Sequence record: SRR16203515_2548
Direction: 5' to 3' (one strand)
DNA: 46,623 nt
Positions 18,988 to 29,872 of this stretch are shown one piece after another; the stretch's first letter is position 1, and each line of letters opens with the position of its first letter. A program made the position numbers and the translations under genes. Under the pieces are notes generated by a model, which was not told the origin of the DNA, did not search any database, and saw only the letters and a program-made list of their open reading frames with translations.

Positions 18988-19929
18988 TTGCAACCATTGC
19001 GAATCATTTTTGCTGGCACACCAGATTTTGCTGCCAAGCACCTCGCTTCTTTAATCGAGTCGTCACATGAAATTGTGGCGGTTTACACCAAAGAAGATAC
19101 TCCCTCAGGCCGTGGTAAGAAACTTCAAGCAAGTGCGGTGAAGAATTTAGCACTAGAACATGACTTGCCGGTTATACAACCTAAATCACTACGTGATGGC
19201 GACGCTCAACAAGTACTTGCATCATTTAATGCCGATTTAATGGTCGTTGTTGCTTACGGGTTAATTTTACCGCAAGCTATTTTAGACACTCCTCGTCTTG
19301 GTTGTATCAATGTTCACGGCTCGTTATTACCTCTGTGGCGTGGCGCGGCACCAATTCAGCGAGCTGTTTGGGCTGGCGATGCACAAAGTGGTGTCACTAT
19401 CATGCAAATGGATAAAGGGCTAGACACAGGCGCCATGCTATATAAAGCAAGCTTGGATATCGCAAGTGATGAAACTAGCGCAACCTTATATGATCGATTA
19501 GCAGAACTTGGACCAAACGCCCTTGTTGAAGCCATTGATTTACTGAGCCAAGGAAAACTAAACGCTGAAACTCAAGATGATAACTTGGCGACCTATGCTC
19601 ATAAATTATCTAAAGACGAAGCTAAAATTAACTGGAATGATAGCGCACAGCATATTGAACGTTGTGTTCGGGCCTTTAATCCATGGCCAGTGTCTTATTT
19701 CCAAGTCGCTGAAATGAATGTCAAAGTTTGGCATGCTACCTGTGACAATACGTCCGTTTCCGTTCCTGCTGGCACCATTATTAGTGCAGACAAAAAAGGT
19801 ATTGTAGTTGCTACAGCACAAGGTTCAATTACTTTACTGAACCTTCAATTTCCAGGTAAAAAAGCAATGGCAATTAACGACATATTAAATAGTCGCAAAG
19901 CATTATTTGAAGTAGGCACTCAACTATGA
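18988..19929 (+). CDS. fmt: Methionyl-tRNA formyltransferase (TTG start)
   Basis: [33 protein letters not shown]. Confidence 0.98.
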   Translation: MQPLRIIFAGTPDFAAKHLASLIESSHEIVAVYTKEDTPSGRGKKLQASAVKNLALEHDLPVIQPKSLRDGDAQQVLASFNADLMVVVAYGLILPQAILDTPRLGCINVHGSLLPLWRGAAPIQRAVWAGDAQSGVTIMQMDKGLDTGAMLYKASLDIASDETSATLYDRLAELGPNALVEAIDLLSQGKLNAETQDDNLATYAHKLSKDEAKINWNDSAQHIERCVRAFNPWPVSYFQVAEMNVKVWHATCDNTSVSVPAGTIISADKKGIVVATAQGSITLLNLQFPGKKAMAINDILNSRKALFEVGTQL

Positions 19930-21218
19930 ATTTACGTGCCCTTGCAGCAGAAACTGTTGCAGCAGTATTAGAACGTGGTGAGTCTCTTGCCACTGCCTTA
20001 CCTTCTGCACAGTCGTCAATCGACAATCCTAAAGACAAAGCATTACTTCAAGAAATAACCTATGGCGTTATGCGAGAGTTAACGCAGTTGGAATACTATG
20101 TTAATACCTTGATGGATAAACCATTAAAAGGTAAGCAACGCATTGTACATCACCTATTATTAGTCGGAGCGTATCAATTATTACACACACGTGTACCTGC
20201 TCACGCCGCACTTGGTGAAACAGTCGCTGCAGTCGACGATATACAACGCCCTAAATTTAAAAGCCTTGTTAACGGTGTTCTAAGAAACCTACAGCGGGAG
20301 CATGAAAGCTTACGTGAAAAAATGCCAACAAAAGGGCCTATCACCTTTAATCATCCTAAATGGATCATTAAACGTGCAACAGCAGCCTACCCGAAACAGT
20401 GGCAACAGGTTCTACATGCAAATAACCAACGTTCTCCAATGTGGATCCGCAACAACAGTGCTATGCAAAGTCGTGACGAATATCTTGCACAACTGGCAGC
20501 ATTAGATATTGAAGCAACTGCTGGTGACATTGGCGACAACAGTATTTTGTTAGCACAACCAGTACCTGTCACTGCGCTGCCAAATTTCGATACCGGAGCT
20601 TGCTCTGTACAAGATATTGCAGCACAACAAGCGGCTGAACTACTGGGGGCTCAATCAGGCGAACGCATTCTAGACGCTTGTGCAGCACCTGGTGGTAAAA
20701 CATGTCATATCCTTGAATTAACGAAGGATATTGAGGTTGTTGCACTCGACTGTGATGAAAAACGATTAGATCGTGTTCAACAAAACCTGACACGTATTGG
20801 CCTCAATGCTGACTTAATTTGTGGTGATGGTACCCAACCTGATACTTGGTGGGACAAAAAGCAGTTTGATCGTATTTTATTAGATGCGCCCTGCTCTGCA
20901 ACTGGCGTGATTCGCCGCAATCCAGACATAAAATGGCTACGTCGTGATAGCGATATTGAGCATTTAGTCCAATTGCAGCAACAAATATTCGATGCGAGCT
21001 GGCAACTGTTAAAATCTGGCGGTACGCTTGTATATGCAACGTGTTCAGTTCTTCCAAACGAAAATAGTCAGCAAGTAACACAGTTTTTACAACGTCATCA
21101 TGACGCTGAGTTAATTCCATTGCATCAAGGCGACACGCCTGAACAACCAGGGTGGCAATTATTACCTGGCGACAACGATAGCGATGGTTTTTACTACGCA
21201 AAATTACAAAAACGATAA
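19926..21218 (+). CDS. rsmB: 16S rRNA m5C967 methyltransferase
   Basis: [29 protein letters not shown]. Confidence 0.97.
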   Translation: MNLRALAAETVAAVLERGESLATALPSAQSSIDNPKDKALLQEITYGVMRELTQLEYYVNTLMDKPLKGKQRIVHHLLLVGAYQLLHTRVPAHAALGETVAAVDDIQRPKFKSLVNGVLRNLQREHESLREKMPTKGPITFNHPKWIIKRATAAYPKQWQQVLHANNQRSPMWIRNNSAMQSRDEYLAQLAALDIEATAGDIGDNSILLAQPVPVTALPNFDTGACSVQDIAAQQAAELLGAQSGERILDACAAPGGKTCHILELTKDIEVVALDCDEKRLDRVQQNLTRIGLNADLICGDGTQPDTWWDKKQFDRILLDAPCSATGVIRRNPDIKWLRRDSDIEHLVQLQQQIFDASWQLLKSGGTLVYATCSVLPNENSQQVTQFLQRHHDAELIPLHQGDTPEQPGWQLLPGDNDSDGFYYAKLQKR

Positions 21219-21233
21219 ACAAAGGTAAGTCGC

Positions 21234-22661
21234 GTGAAAATAATTATCTTAGGTGCAGGGCAAGTCGGCGGAAGTCTCGCAGAAAACCTCGTTGGTGAAG
21301 ACAGTGATATCACTATTGTTGATAGTGACCGTGCGGCGCTTGCTGAACTCAAAGATAAATTAGATTTACGCGCTGTTCATGGCCATGCATCGCACCCACA
21401 GGTATTACTAGATGCCGGTGCTGACGATGCCGACCTTGTTATTGCCGTGACCAATTCAGATGAAATTAACATGACCGCCTGTCATGTCGCCTATTCGTTA
21501 TATAAAGTCCCAACAAAAATCGCGCGTATCCGTAATGAAGATTATCTACGTGTTGCCAAGCATCTTTTTCATTCTAAAAAAGCTTGCTTCAAAGATGACA
21601 AGAAACGAGACAAGAATCATGAGAACACTGGTTTTGTTATTGATGAGCTAATTTCTCCAGAAACTTTGGTAACCGGCTATATTCGCCGTCTAGTTGACTA
21701 CCCTGGTGCACTGCAAGTATTGCAATTTGCCAATCGAAAAGTAAGTTTGGTGGCAGTAAGAGCTTATTACGGCGGGCCTTTAGTGGGTCATGCACTATCA
21801 GCGCTTCGCGAGCACATGCCTAATATTGACGCACGTGTAGCGGCTATATTTAGACAAGGACGCCCAGTTCGACCACAAGGCACGACTATTATAGAAGCCG
21901 ATGACGAGGTATTTTTCATTGCTGCAACGGGCCATATTCGCGCGGTCATGGGCGAATTGCAAAAGCTTGAGAATCATTACAAACGCGTAATGATTGTCGG
22001 CGGTGGCAATATTGGGGCAGGCCTTGCCAAGCAATTAGAGCATAGCCATCAGGTTAAACTCATTGAGCGTAACCCTAAGCGAGCAGAAGCCTTATCCCAA
22101 CAGCTAACCAAAGCAACTGTTTTTGTCGGTGACGGTGCAGATCATGAACTATTAAGTGAAGAGCACATTGAGCAAACCGATCTCTTTATTGCGGTAACCA
22201 ATGATGATGAAGCCAATATAATGTCTTCAATGTTGGCGAAGCGAATGGGTGCAAAAAAAGTGATGGTGTTAATACAGCGCAGCGTTTACGCCGATCTGAT
22301 GGAAGATACCAACATCGATATTACTATCTCACCACAGCAAATCACTATATCTGCCTTACTTTCTCACGTTAGACGCGGTGATATTAGTAATGTTTATTCA
22401 TTACGTCGTGGTGCGGCAGAAGCTATCGAAGCTATTGCCAATGGCGACTCAATGACATCCAAAGTTGTCGGTCGCCGTATCATGGATATTAAACTTCCAC
22501 CGGGCGCGACCATTGGTGCTATTGTCCGCGATAGCGATGTATTAATTGCCCATGATAAAACTGAAATTAAGACTGGCGATCACGTCATTCTGTTCTTAAT
22601 CGACAAGAAACACATCGGTGACATCGAGCGACTCTTCTCACCTAGCGCATTTTTCTTATAA
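21234..22661 (+). CDS. trkA: Trk potassium uptake RCK subunit
   Basis: [12 protein letters not shown], second Rossmann motif [17 protein letters not shown]. Confidence 0.97.
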   Translation: MKIIILGAGQVGGSLAENLVGEDSDITIVDSDRAALAELKDKLDLRAVHGHASHPQVLLDAGADDADLVIAVTNSDEINMTACHVAYSLYKVPTKIARIRNEDYLRVAKHLFHSKKACFKDDKKRDKNHENTGFVIDELISPETLVTGYIRRLVDYPGALQVLQFANRKVSLVAVRAYYGGPLVGHALSALREHMPNIDARVAAIFRQGRPVRPQGTTIIEADDEVFFIAATGHIRAVMGELQKLENHYKRVMIVGGGNIGAGLAKQLEHSHQVKLIERNPKRAEALSQQLTKATVFVGDGADHELLSEEHIEQTDLFIAVTNDDEANIMSSMLAKRMGAKKVMVLIQRSVYADLMEDTNIDITISPQQITISALLSHVRRGDISNVYSLRRGAAEAIEAIANGDSMTSKVVGRRIMDIKLPPGATIGAIVRDSDVLIAHDKTEIKTGDHVILFLIDKKHIGDIERLFSPSAFFL

Positions 22662-23295
22662 CATTCATCTGATTAATAATGTCATTAGGCGACATTGTTA
22701 ATCCGCTGAACGGAATGAATAAGTGGGCTCCATAAACTCTTTCTAACAATATCATTTGATGGAAAAACGGCGCCAACGGACCCTTTATTTCAAATCCAGA
22801 GGGTAGTTTAAAAGCTGATAAGTTAATTTGTGCCTGCGCAGTATTGATATCACCTTGGGAAATAGCGAGCGCTAAAATGTCGCGATGTTCATGAATAATT
22901 CGACTTGCAAAGCGCGGTGAAACATTATCAATAAAGGCTTCTAAATCATTTATTTTTATCCCTATATAGGATATTTCTCGATGCTCTAGTTGATGATAAA
23001 ACCGGGGGATATGAATACGATGAATGTTACTCCAGTCGAGCTTCCATTGACCATGTCGATGGAAATAGCGCATCGAGTTTTCAGTCAACTTAATACTGAT
23101 TGCGGGCTCTAAATGCTTTGCAATACCAATGGAGATTAACGCGACGGCTCCAAGACATAGTAAACTAAATTGCAAAGCGAGCGTTGGCCACACTATTTGC
23201 CCAGTTATTGCTAGTACCAATATCAATCCACCAGCCAGTATAAAAAACTGTTTAAAATTAGGTGCTGGTGAAGTGATGTGAATTGGAAACTTCAT
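22642..23295 (-). CDS. Two-TM membrane protein, DUF2982-like
   Basis: Two N-terminal TMs, [21 protein letters not shown]. Start moved to ATG 23295. Confidence 0.7.
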   Translation of the reverse strand: MKFPIHITSPAPNFKQFFILAGGLILVLAITGQIVWPTLALQFSLLCLGAVALISIGIAKHLEPAISIKLTENSMRYFHRHGQWKLDWSNIHRIHIPRFYHQLEHREISYIGIKINDLEAFIDNVSPRFASRIIHEHRDILALAISQGDINTAQAQINLSAFKLPSGFEIKGPLAPFFHQMILLERVYGAHLFIPFSGLTMSPNDIINQMNVIRKMR

Positions 23296-23306
23296 TAAAT
23301 TAACAA

Positions 23307-23840
23307 CTAAGCTAAAGACGCCAATAGCGTGTCTGCATAGGCGTCGACTTTGTCCCAATCTGTATATTCTATATCTTTACTGGTATCAGTTTCTCCACCG
23401 GTAATCTTCATGATTAACCGAATCATAAACTTATCGAAAAAGCCGTATTTACTATAGAGCAACGCGCCTGCAAATACGGCGAGCTTTTGTGGTTGCCATG
23501 CTGATAACGTTAAAAACTTCTTCATGTACGCATTGGTTTCTGGGGTATTCTTTTCTGGTTTTCTGGCGGTAAGATTGACACAGAAAAACGCATTATTTAT
23601 CTGTTCTAGCGACTCTTTGTGAGTATCTATAAATTGATATAGCGCTTTGTTTAAATGGCCGTAGCGAATAGAAGCACCTAAAATAACTTGATCAAAATCT
23701 TGCCAATTAATAGTGTTGCAGTCAGTCAATGACAGTAATGACGTTTGATGCCCATTGGCTTGCATACGTTGTGCGATACGCTGACAGATCTTTAATGTTT
23801 GGCCATCATGAGTAGAGTAAATTAAAGCAATCGTCGACAT
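23307..23840 (-). CDS. hemG: Menaquinone-dependent protoporphyrinogen IX dehydrogenase
   Basis: YSTHDGQT, GASIRYG, VNLTARKPEK, EYTDW. ATG 23840 overlaps the trkH stop (TAATG). Confidence 0.96.
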   Translation of the reverse strand: MSTIALIYSTHDGQTLKICQRIAQRMQANGHQTSLLSLTDCNTINWQDFDQVILGASIRYGHLNKALYQFIDTHKESLEQINNAFFCVNLTARKPEKNTPETNAYMKKFLTLSAWQPQKLAVFAGALLYSKYGFFDKFMIRLIMKITGGETDTSKDIEYTDWDKVDAYADTLLASLA

Positions 23841-25297
23841 TAGTTTTTCCAAAATACGGGTGTAAATAAGACTAGTAAGGTGAATATTTCTAAGCGCCCG
23901 AACAACATGGCAATGACCAAAATCCATTTTGCAGCATCATTAATATCACCGTAATGGGCAGCGACTTCGCCAAGTCCAGGGCCAAGGTTGTTTAGCGCTG
24001 CAGCGGTGGCACTAAACGCGGTAATATCATCAAGACCTGTGAACAATAGCGCCAACATACAAATAACAAACACTAATGCATACGCTGCAAAGAATCCCCA
24101 TACCGCATCGACAACCCTATCTGGTAAAGCTTTATTACCGAGACGAATGGCATAAACAGCTCGTGGATGAACTAATCGCTTTAGCTCACGAGCGCCTTGT
24201 AAAAATAGTAATACAACACGAATAACCTTCATGCCGCCGCCAGTTGAACCGGCACAACCACCAACAAAGGATGCAAAAATTAACAATAAAGGTAAAAACA
24301 GCGGCCAACCACTAAAGCTTTGTGTACCAAAACCTGCTGTTGTAGACACTGACACCGCTTGAAATAAAGCGTGATCAAAGGCTTCGTCCACCGAGTTATA
24401 AATATTTTCACGATATAAAACGCTAAAGACAATAACGACAAGGGCCAATTGGAATAAGAAAAACAAACGCATTTCCGGATCTTTAAAATAAGAACGGAGC
24501 ATTTGTTTAGGACGAATAATCGCCGCGTAATGCAAGCTAAAATTAATCGCTGATATCAATAAAAATATTACACAAATCAAGTTGATAAGTGATGAATCAA
24601 AGTAACCAATACTGGCATCATGCGTTGAAAAACCACCGATTGCTATCGTAGAAAAGCTATGACAAATAGCATCAAAAGGTGTCATACCGGCAGCCCAATA
24701 AGCCAAGCTACACAAGGTTGTTAACGCCAAATAGATATACCATAACGCCTTAGCTGTTTCGGCGATTCGCGGTGTCATCTTAGAATCTTTGACAGGTCCC
24801 GGCGTCTCAGCGCGGTATAGCTGCATTCCACCAACACCAAGCATCGGCAGTACAGCAACAGCGAGTACGATTATCCCCATTCCACCTAACCATTGCAGTA
24901 AATGTCGATAAAACAGTATTGCTTTAGGTAAGTTATCAAGCCCGGTGATAACTGTTGCACCAGTGGTTGTCAAAGCAGAAAAAGATTCAAAAACACTGTC
25001 CGTCAAACTCATATCAGGTTTGTCTGATAGGACAAATGGAACAGCACCTACACTGCCAAGCGCCAACCAAAACATCACTACAACCACAAAACCGTCACGT
25101 ACCTTTAAGTCACGCTTATGCTCTCGATTTGGATACCAACAAAACAAACCGATAATGACACATACTATGAATGATTGAACGAAGGCGACACCGCCACCAT
25201 CGTCATACAACGCTGCTATTAATGCAGGTATAAGCAAGGTCGTACTAAAAATGGTAATTAATAAACCAAGAATTCGAATCAAAGAGCGTGTTTGCAT
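23840..25297 (-). CDS. trkH: Trk potassium uptake channel subunit
   Basis: FES.S.LTTTGAT, QWLGGMGIIV, GGCAGSTGGG, NNLGPG, GRLE. Confidence 0.97.
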   Translation of the reverse strand: MQTRSLIRILGLLITIFSTTLLIPALIAALYDDGGGVAFVQSFIVCVIIGLFCWYPNREHKRDLKVRDGFVVVVMFWLALGSVGAVPFVLSDKPDMSLTDSVFESFSALTTTGATVITGLDNLPKAILFYRHLLQWLGGMGIIVLAVAVLPMLGVGGMQLYRAETPGPVKDSKMTPRIAETAKALWYIYLALTTLCSLAYWAAGMTPFDAICHSFSTIAIGGFSTHDASIGYFDSSLINLICVIFLLISAINFSLHYAAIIRPKQMLRSYFKDPEMRLFFLFQLALVVIVFSVLYRENIYNSVDEAFDHALFQAVSVSTTAGFGTQSFSGWPLFLPLLLIFASFVGGCAGSTGGGMKVIRVVLLFLQGARELKRLVHPRAVYAIRLGNKALPDRVVDAVWGFFAAYALVFVICMLALLFTGLDDITAFSATAAALNNLGPGLGEVAAHYGDINDAAKWILVIAMLFGRLEIFTLLVLFTPVFWKN

Positions 25298-25509
25298 AAG
25301 TTCGAGGGTGTCATGTTATTTAAGTAAGGGATATAAGCGCTAATGTATCATAGCTTAGATATGAAAAATATCGCTTTGTCTTTCATCAAGTTTTAATGGC
25401 CATTTAAACTAATCATCATAAAAACATCAGCTTTTACACATAGAAAAATCAATCTATTAGCAGTTCAATTCGCTTAAATTCAAAATATCTTCATTTAAAA
25501 GGAATCACT

Positions 25510-26646
25510 ATATTTTTAAGTACTAGCAAGTCCCTCATTGTTTTAGTTTTACTGGGCATGAGCACATTTTCTCTAGCGAACGAACAAATTATTCACCACG
25601 TTGACATCAAGAGTCAATTTACCAAGCAGCCACTTTCAATATCGATAACCTTACCCCCCAACTTTAAAGAGAATGACGACCAACGTTATGTTGCGCTTTA
25701 TACAACCGCTGGTGATAGACGTTTAAAGTCTATGGTTGAACAAATAAACTGGATGAGCCATGTCAGTTTTGGTCCAATACCTCCACTTATTATCGTTCAA
25801 TTACCTTACATTGCCGCGCCAGATGAACAACAAGGTAAAGATGTCCAAGCATCAGGACTCAATACAAAATTAACCGTAAAAATATTAGAGCGCGAAATAC
25901 TTCCTCAAATAGCGCAACGATATCCATTATTGCCATTTAGTATTTTGGAAGGCTATTCAACCAATGCGAATTTACCGTTAAATATTTTGGCGGATGCTCC
26001 CCACCTGTTTAATGCCTATATCAGTATTAATCCCGCTTGGGGGCTAGACAAAAGTAATCTCATGGCTCGCATAAAGCGACAATTGACCAGTGACCAGTTA
26101 GAATTTCGTTCGGCGTATATTTCACTAGGCAGCTTCTCTCAGAATCACAGTGCGTTTAAAGAGCTTTTAACATTTACCCATCAAACCAATTCTAAACTGG
26201 CTCTGCATCTCGATAACCAAAGCGACATTAATTATTACACGGCCCCGATGTCGTTATTGCCAAAGGCACTAGAGCAAGTGTTTTCAGATCGTAATCCTAA
26301 GGATTTGTCATCACTAGCAAAGGGAGGAATTTTCGCGGTTAATCAATACTATAAAGCGTTAACAAAAAAATACGGCTATGCGCTGTCACCAATTAATACG
26401 CTTCATGATTTAAGCGATTATTATGGCCAGCACGATCAGTTGACATCACAGGTAGAGATACTTGAATACATTCTTAAATTAAAGCCAGATAACATTTACT
26501 ATCGAACTATTTTGGCTAATGTTCATTTAAAGAATAACCAATCAGCTTCTTACAAAAAGGTCATTACTAACGCTCTAAATCTCGCAAAAGCACAAAACAA
26601 TCAAGAAGCAATTGATTACATCCAACGGATCATTGATAGAAACTAA
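25510..26646 (+). CDS. Exported esterase-like alpha/beta-hydrolase-fold protein with C-terminal TPR-like helices; first ATG at 25558, probable true start ATA 25510
   Basis: ITLPPNF....RYVALY N-terminus, G-Y-S elbow, LFNAYISINP, helical C-terminus. An in-frame hydrophobic leader lies upstream of the ATG. Confidence 0.7.
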   Translation: MFLSTSKSLIVLVLLGMSTFSLANEQIIHHVDIKSQFTKQPLSISITLPPNFKENDDQRYVALYTTAGDRRLKSMVEQINWMSHVSFGPIPPLIIVQLPYIAAPDEQQGKDVQASGLNTKLTVKILEREILPQIAQRYPLLPFSILEGYSTNANLPLNILADAPHLFNAYISINPAWGLDKSNLMARIKRQLTSDQLEFRSAYISLGSFSQNHSAFKELLTFTHQTNSKLALHLDNQSDINYYTAPMSLLPKALEQVFSDRNPKDLSSLAKGGIFAVNQYYKALTKKYGYALSPINTLHDLSDYYGQHDQLTSQVEILEYILKLKPDNIYYRTILANVHLKNNQSASYKKVITNALNLAKAQNNQEAIDYIQRIIDRN

Positions 26647-28676
26647 TCAATAAACGCAAAGTTTCTTACTTTACGTTTAAACGCATCACTAAGGTAACGA
26701 CCTTGCTGAGGATCTATGTCAGTCATCAGTAAGGTGTTCTCATCATAATGTCCAACTTTTTCCAGGCTAAGATCAGCCATCGATAAACGCCAAATGTTCT
26801 GTTGCTTATCTTGAAAATATAAATCTTGGTCAGCACGATAGAAAAAACGCCATTGCAGTTTCTTTGATTGAGTTTGCTCAATATCACTCACATCAATTTC
26901 ATTGTTATTAACTTGTAATCGTTTCAAATAACCATCTTGAGAACTAATAACATATTGACCATGACGGGTACGTTGCGCCCAATGAGCCTCAATATTGATT
27001 GTCGATGTCACTTCTTCTAAGTCCAAGTCATATTCAACGAGCGCGCGATGGCCATTAATAACAACATCTAACAGCACATGAGCGTTTTGATTATCAATAA
27101 ACCACTGATAAACACCATGCACCTCAAATGGCACTGCTAATTCTTTAGTTAACCCGCCGACATTTTGCAGCCAAAGCTGACCATGACTGGCATATATAAT
27201 TGCAAGACCATCATCAGACCATACATAGGATGAAACATCATACTGACTAGTAGTCAATTGCTGATTAGTTGCTTCTTTGCCAAGCCATACTTGCTTATTG
27301 CCACTGCGTGACGACAGTACACTTACAGAGGAGTGTTGCGGTCTAAAACTGCCAGAAGAGTCAGCATAGATTGAACGAGCAATACTTTCGTATTTAATGT
27401 CTGAACTATCATCATTTAATTGTGCTTGATGAACATCCCAATCTTCGCGTCCTAGCTCAACAACTAATCGGTCATCATAATGTAAGACAGCAAACAATGC
27501 ATCGCGACTCGGCATTATTAGCGATCGCGTACTCCCATCAATACGAAAGAATTCGAGCGATTGAGTGGCTGCGATAGCGAATTCATTGGCCGATAACCAA
27601 CGAATTGCTGAATTTGCAGCTGCATCTTCAACATCCCATTGTCGTATAACCTCAAGGCTATCATTCATCATTAATGCCAAACTGACTTGGTACTTACCTT
27701 GCTGATGACTGAGAATTGCCAGTTGTTTAGTGTCTCTTGCAACCGCTAGCTTAACCAAATCACCAAGTTGATGATTGATACTTGTTACCTTGCCACTGGG
27801 TAGCTCATGTAATTTCAAACTATTAATGCTATCACCATCGCGGTAAAGCGTTAACAATTTGTCTTGGCCAAATGCTTGAGGCTGATGGTAAAAACCTTGA
27901 ATACAAGGTATTACTATGTCCAACGCGCTCGAGTTAATAACACTCTTGTTTTCATTGCTGAGAAGAGGCAATTTAGCTATTTCACTACACTTAATATCAT
28001 CAGTAATTGATAAGCGACTAACATAGAGCGCATCCCTGTCAAAACTAACCGCCAACTCACCGTTTAACCAAAGGTTGTCTGACAATACTACTGTTTGACC
28101 GTCTTTAAGGTGTTTAGACACAATACGCTGATGTTGTGGTAAATCACCTTCGATAAAAATAATGTGGTCATCAACGACGACTCCCCCAAATTGTGGCTCA
28201 TCATCACTCGTTATCATCGACACTTGCTGAACACTTATTGGTAAACTTGATAACCCTTTATCACTAGGCGGCCATAACAATCCACTCGCTAACGCTGTAA
28301 CGGCAAAGAACAGCAATGAATAAAACTTAAATGAGCGATTAGTCACTAAACGTTCGCTATCGGATAGTGAAATATGAGCCACTAAACTATAGCCTAGCTT
28401 GGGGTGAGTTTTGATGACCGATTGCATCTTGGCGTCATCGTTAAATACTTTACGTAATTGCGCAATGCACCGCTGAAGCGCATTCGGAGCCACCACAACA
28501 TCTTCCCACACACGGTTTAAGATATCTTGTTGGGTAACAACATCACCTTTGGCTTCAACAAGCACTCGCAATACTGCCATCGCTTTAGGTTCAACCGATT
28601 TTACCTGCGTGGCAATAGTCACTTCACCTCGTTGCCAATCAACTTTATAATCATTTATCCATTGCGGCGCCAACAT
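26643..28676 (-). CDS. CadC/ToxR-like membrane-bound transcriptional regulator (wHTH-TM-TolB-like beta-propeller)
   Basis: VEPKAMAVL..L....GDVV....IL..VW..VVV..NALQRCIAQLRK..DDAK....IKTHPKLGY; one TM near aa 118-136; SSRSG..QVW and WS.DG propeller motifs. Confidence 0.88.
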   Translation of the reverse strand: MLAPQWINDYKVDWQRGEVTIATQVKSVEPKAMAVLRVLVEAKGDVVTQQDILNRVWEDVVVAPNALQRCIAQLRKVFNDDAKMQSVIKTHPKLGYSLVAHISLSDSERLVTNRSFKFYSLLFFAVTALASGLLWPPSDKGLSSLPISVQQVSMITSDDEPQFGGVVVDDHIIFIEGDLPQHQRIVSKHLKDGQTVVLSDNLWLNGELAVSFDRDALYVSRLSITDDIKCSEIAKLPLLSNENKSVINSSALDIVIPCIQGFYHQPQAFGQDKLLTLYRDGDSINSLKLHELPSGKVTSINHQLGDLVKLAVARDTKQLAILSHQQGKYQVSLALMMNDSLEVIRQWDVEDAAANSAIRWLSANEFAIAATQSLEFFRIDGSTRSLIMPSRDALFAVLHYDDRLVVELGREDWDVHQAQLNDDSSDIKYESIARSIYADSSGSFRPQHSSVSVLSSRSGNKQVWLGKEATNQQLTTSQYDVSSYVWSDDGLAIIYASHGQLWLQNVGGLTKELAVPFEVHGVYQWFIDNQNAHVLLDVVINGHRALVEYDLDLEEVTSTINIEAHWAQRTRHGQYVISSQDGYLKRLQVNNNEIDVSDIEQTQSKKLQWRFFYRADQDLYFQDKQQNIWRLSMADLSLEKVGHYDENTLLMTDIDPQQGRYLSDAFKRKVRNFAFID

Positions 28677-28678
28677 GA

Positions 28679-29788
28679 CTAATACCCTTTCTTTAGTAAT
28701 AAAATGCGAGCCTCAACGTAATCTGGAAAATGACGATATGTCTTAATGTAATCTTGCCAATTATAAAAATAACCGCCGAGGTAATCTAACTGATACTGGT
28801 TGTTTTCAAATGCCCCTCCCGTATCAGCCAACACCACTAAACGATGTTCATTGTTGTGGCTCAGCATGATAAGTTTGCCCAAACCTAAATGAGCAAGATC
28901 TCCTGCCACGGTAACAAGCGGTTTAATTGGCACTTTATAACTTGCATCCTTACCGTAGCCCAACACGCTATCCGTTTGTTTAAAATACCAATATCGGCCT
29001 TGTTGTTCTTTCTTGAGGTTACGATCGTAACCAATGCCATTATTGCGATGAACATTATAGAAATGCATCGGTTTACCGTGACTATCTTCAATCATCACAG
29101 TCCCTTGCATCAATGTATCTTCCAAATTATCTCGAGATAACCAAACCATTGGCTTCGCGAGTTTTTGCTTGTCTAATACACCTGTGAGTACCTGCTGCTT
29201 GGTATATTGGTATCGGGTAATACTCTCTTTTTGGTCGTCAGCTTGTTCGAGTGTTAATGATTGTTCATCATAAGGTATTTCATATAACGCATGAGGTGTC
29301 TCGCTCGATTTAGCCAAGCTGCCAGTCGCTTTTTTAATGTAATATTTAGTGAGCAACAACTTATCTGCCGGCATATTCTTTAGCAGTGGTTTTTGGTGTG
29401 AAAACTTTGCTGACTGTTCTTGATCCGGTTGCCAACGAACACGTTCAAAGTGTTGATTAATAAAATTAATATCATGTAAACGAGATGGATTACCTTTAGC
29501 TTCATCCTCTTGATTTACTTTACAAATAAATAAAAGCGTCGCTTTAATTCTTGCTAAATCACCACCAAAACTTTTACTAATCCCAGCATGGTTAGCCAAT
29601 GCATCATAACCCTCTCCTTTATCCAAATAAGCTTTAGCGCCTGCCGCAACATCACACAAATCTTGACTACTTAGCGGCACAATTTTCCCAGTGACGGGGT
29701 TATTATCAACAGAGAAATTAATCTCGTTTGCCAAAGCGGGGTAGCTACTGATTACTAAGAGGCTAATGATTAACGACTTTACGTTCAT
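28679..29788 (-). CDS. MltA-family lytic transglycosylase (3D domain)
   Basis: LLTKYY, MQGT, RYWYF, VAGD...ADTGGAF...QLDY. Confidence 0.8.
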   Translation of the reverse strand: MNVKSLIISLLVISSYPALANEINFSVDNNPVTGKIVPLSSQDLCDVAAGAKAYLDKGEGYDALANHAGISKSFGGDLARIKATLLFICKVNQEDEAKGNPSRLHDINFINQHFERVRWQPDQEQSAKFSHQKPLLKNMPADKLLLTKYYIKKATGSLAKSSETPHALYEIPYDEQSLTLEQADDQKESITRYQYTKQQVLTGVLDKQKLAKPMVWLSRDNLEDTLMQGTVMIEDSHGKPMHFYNVHRNNGIGYDRNLKKEQQGRYWYFKQTDSVLGYGKDASYKVPIKPLVTVAGDLAHLGLGKLIMLSHNNEHRLVVLADTGGAFENNQYQLDYLGGYFYNWQDYIKTYRHFPDYVEARILLLKKGY

Positions 29789-29872
29789 GTGGTTACATTT
29801 CTATGATTTACCTTGTGAGCCTAGTATGTCAAAGTGAGAACCAATAACCAACCATACATAAGAGTATCGATA

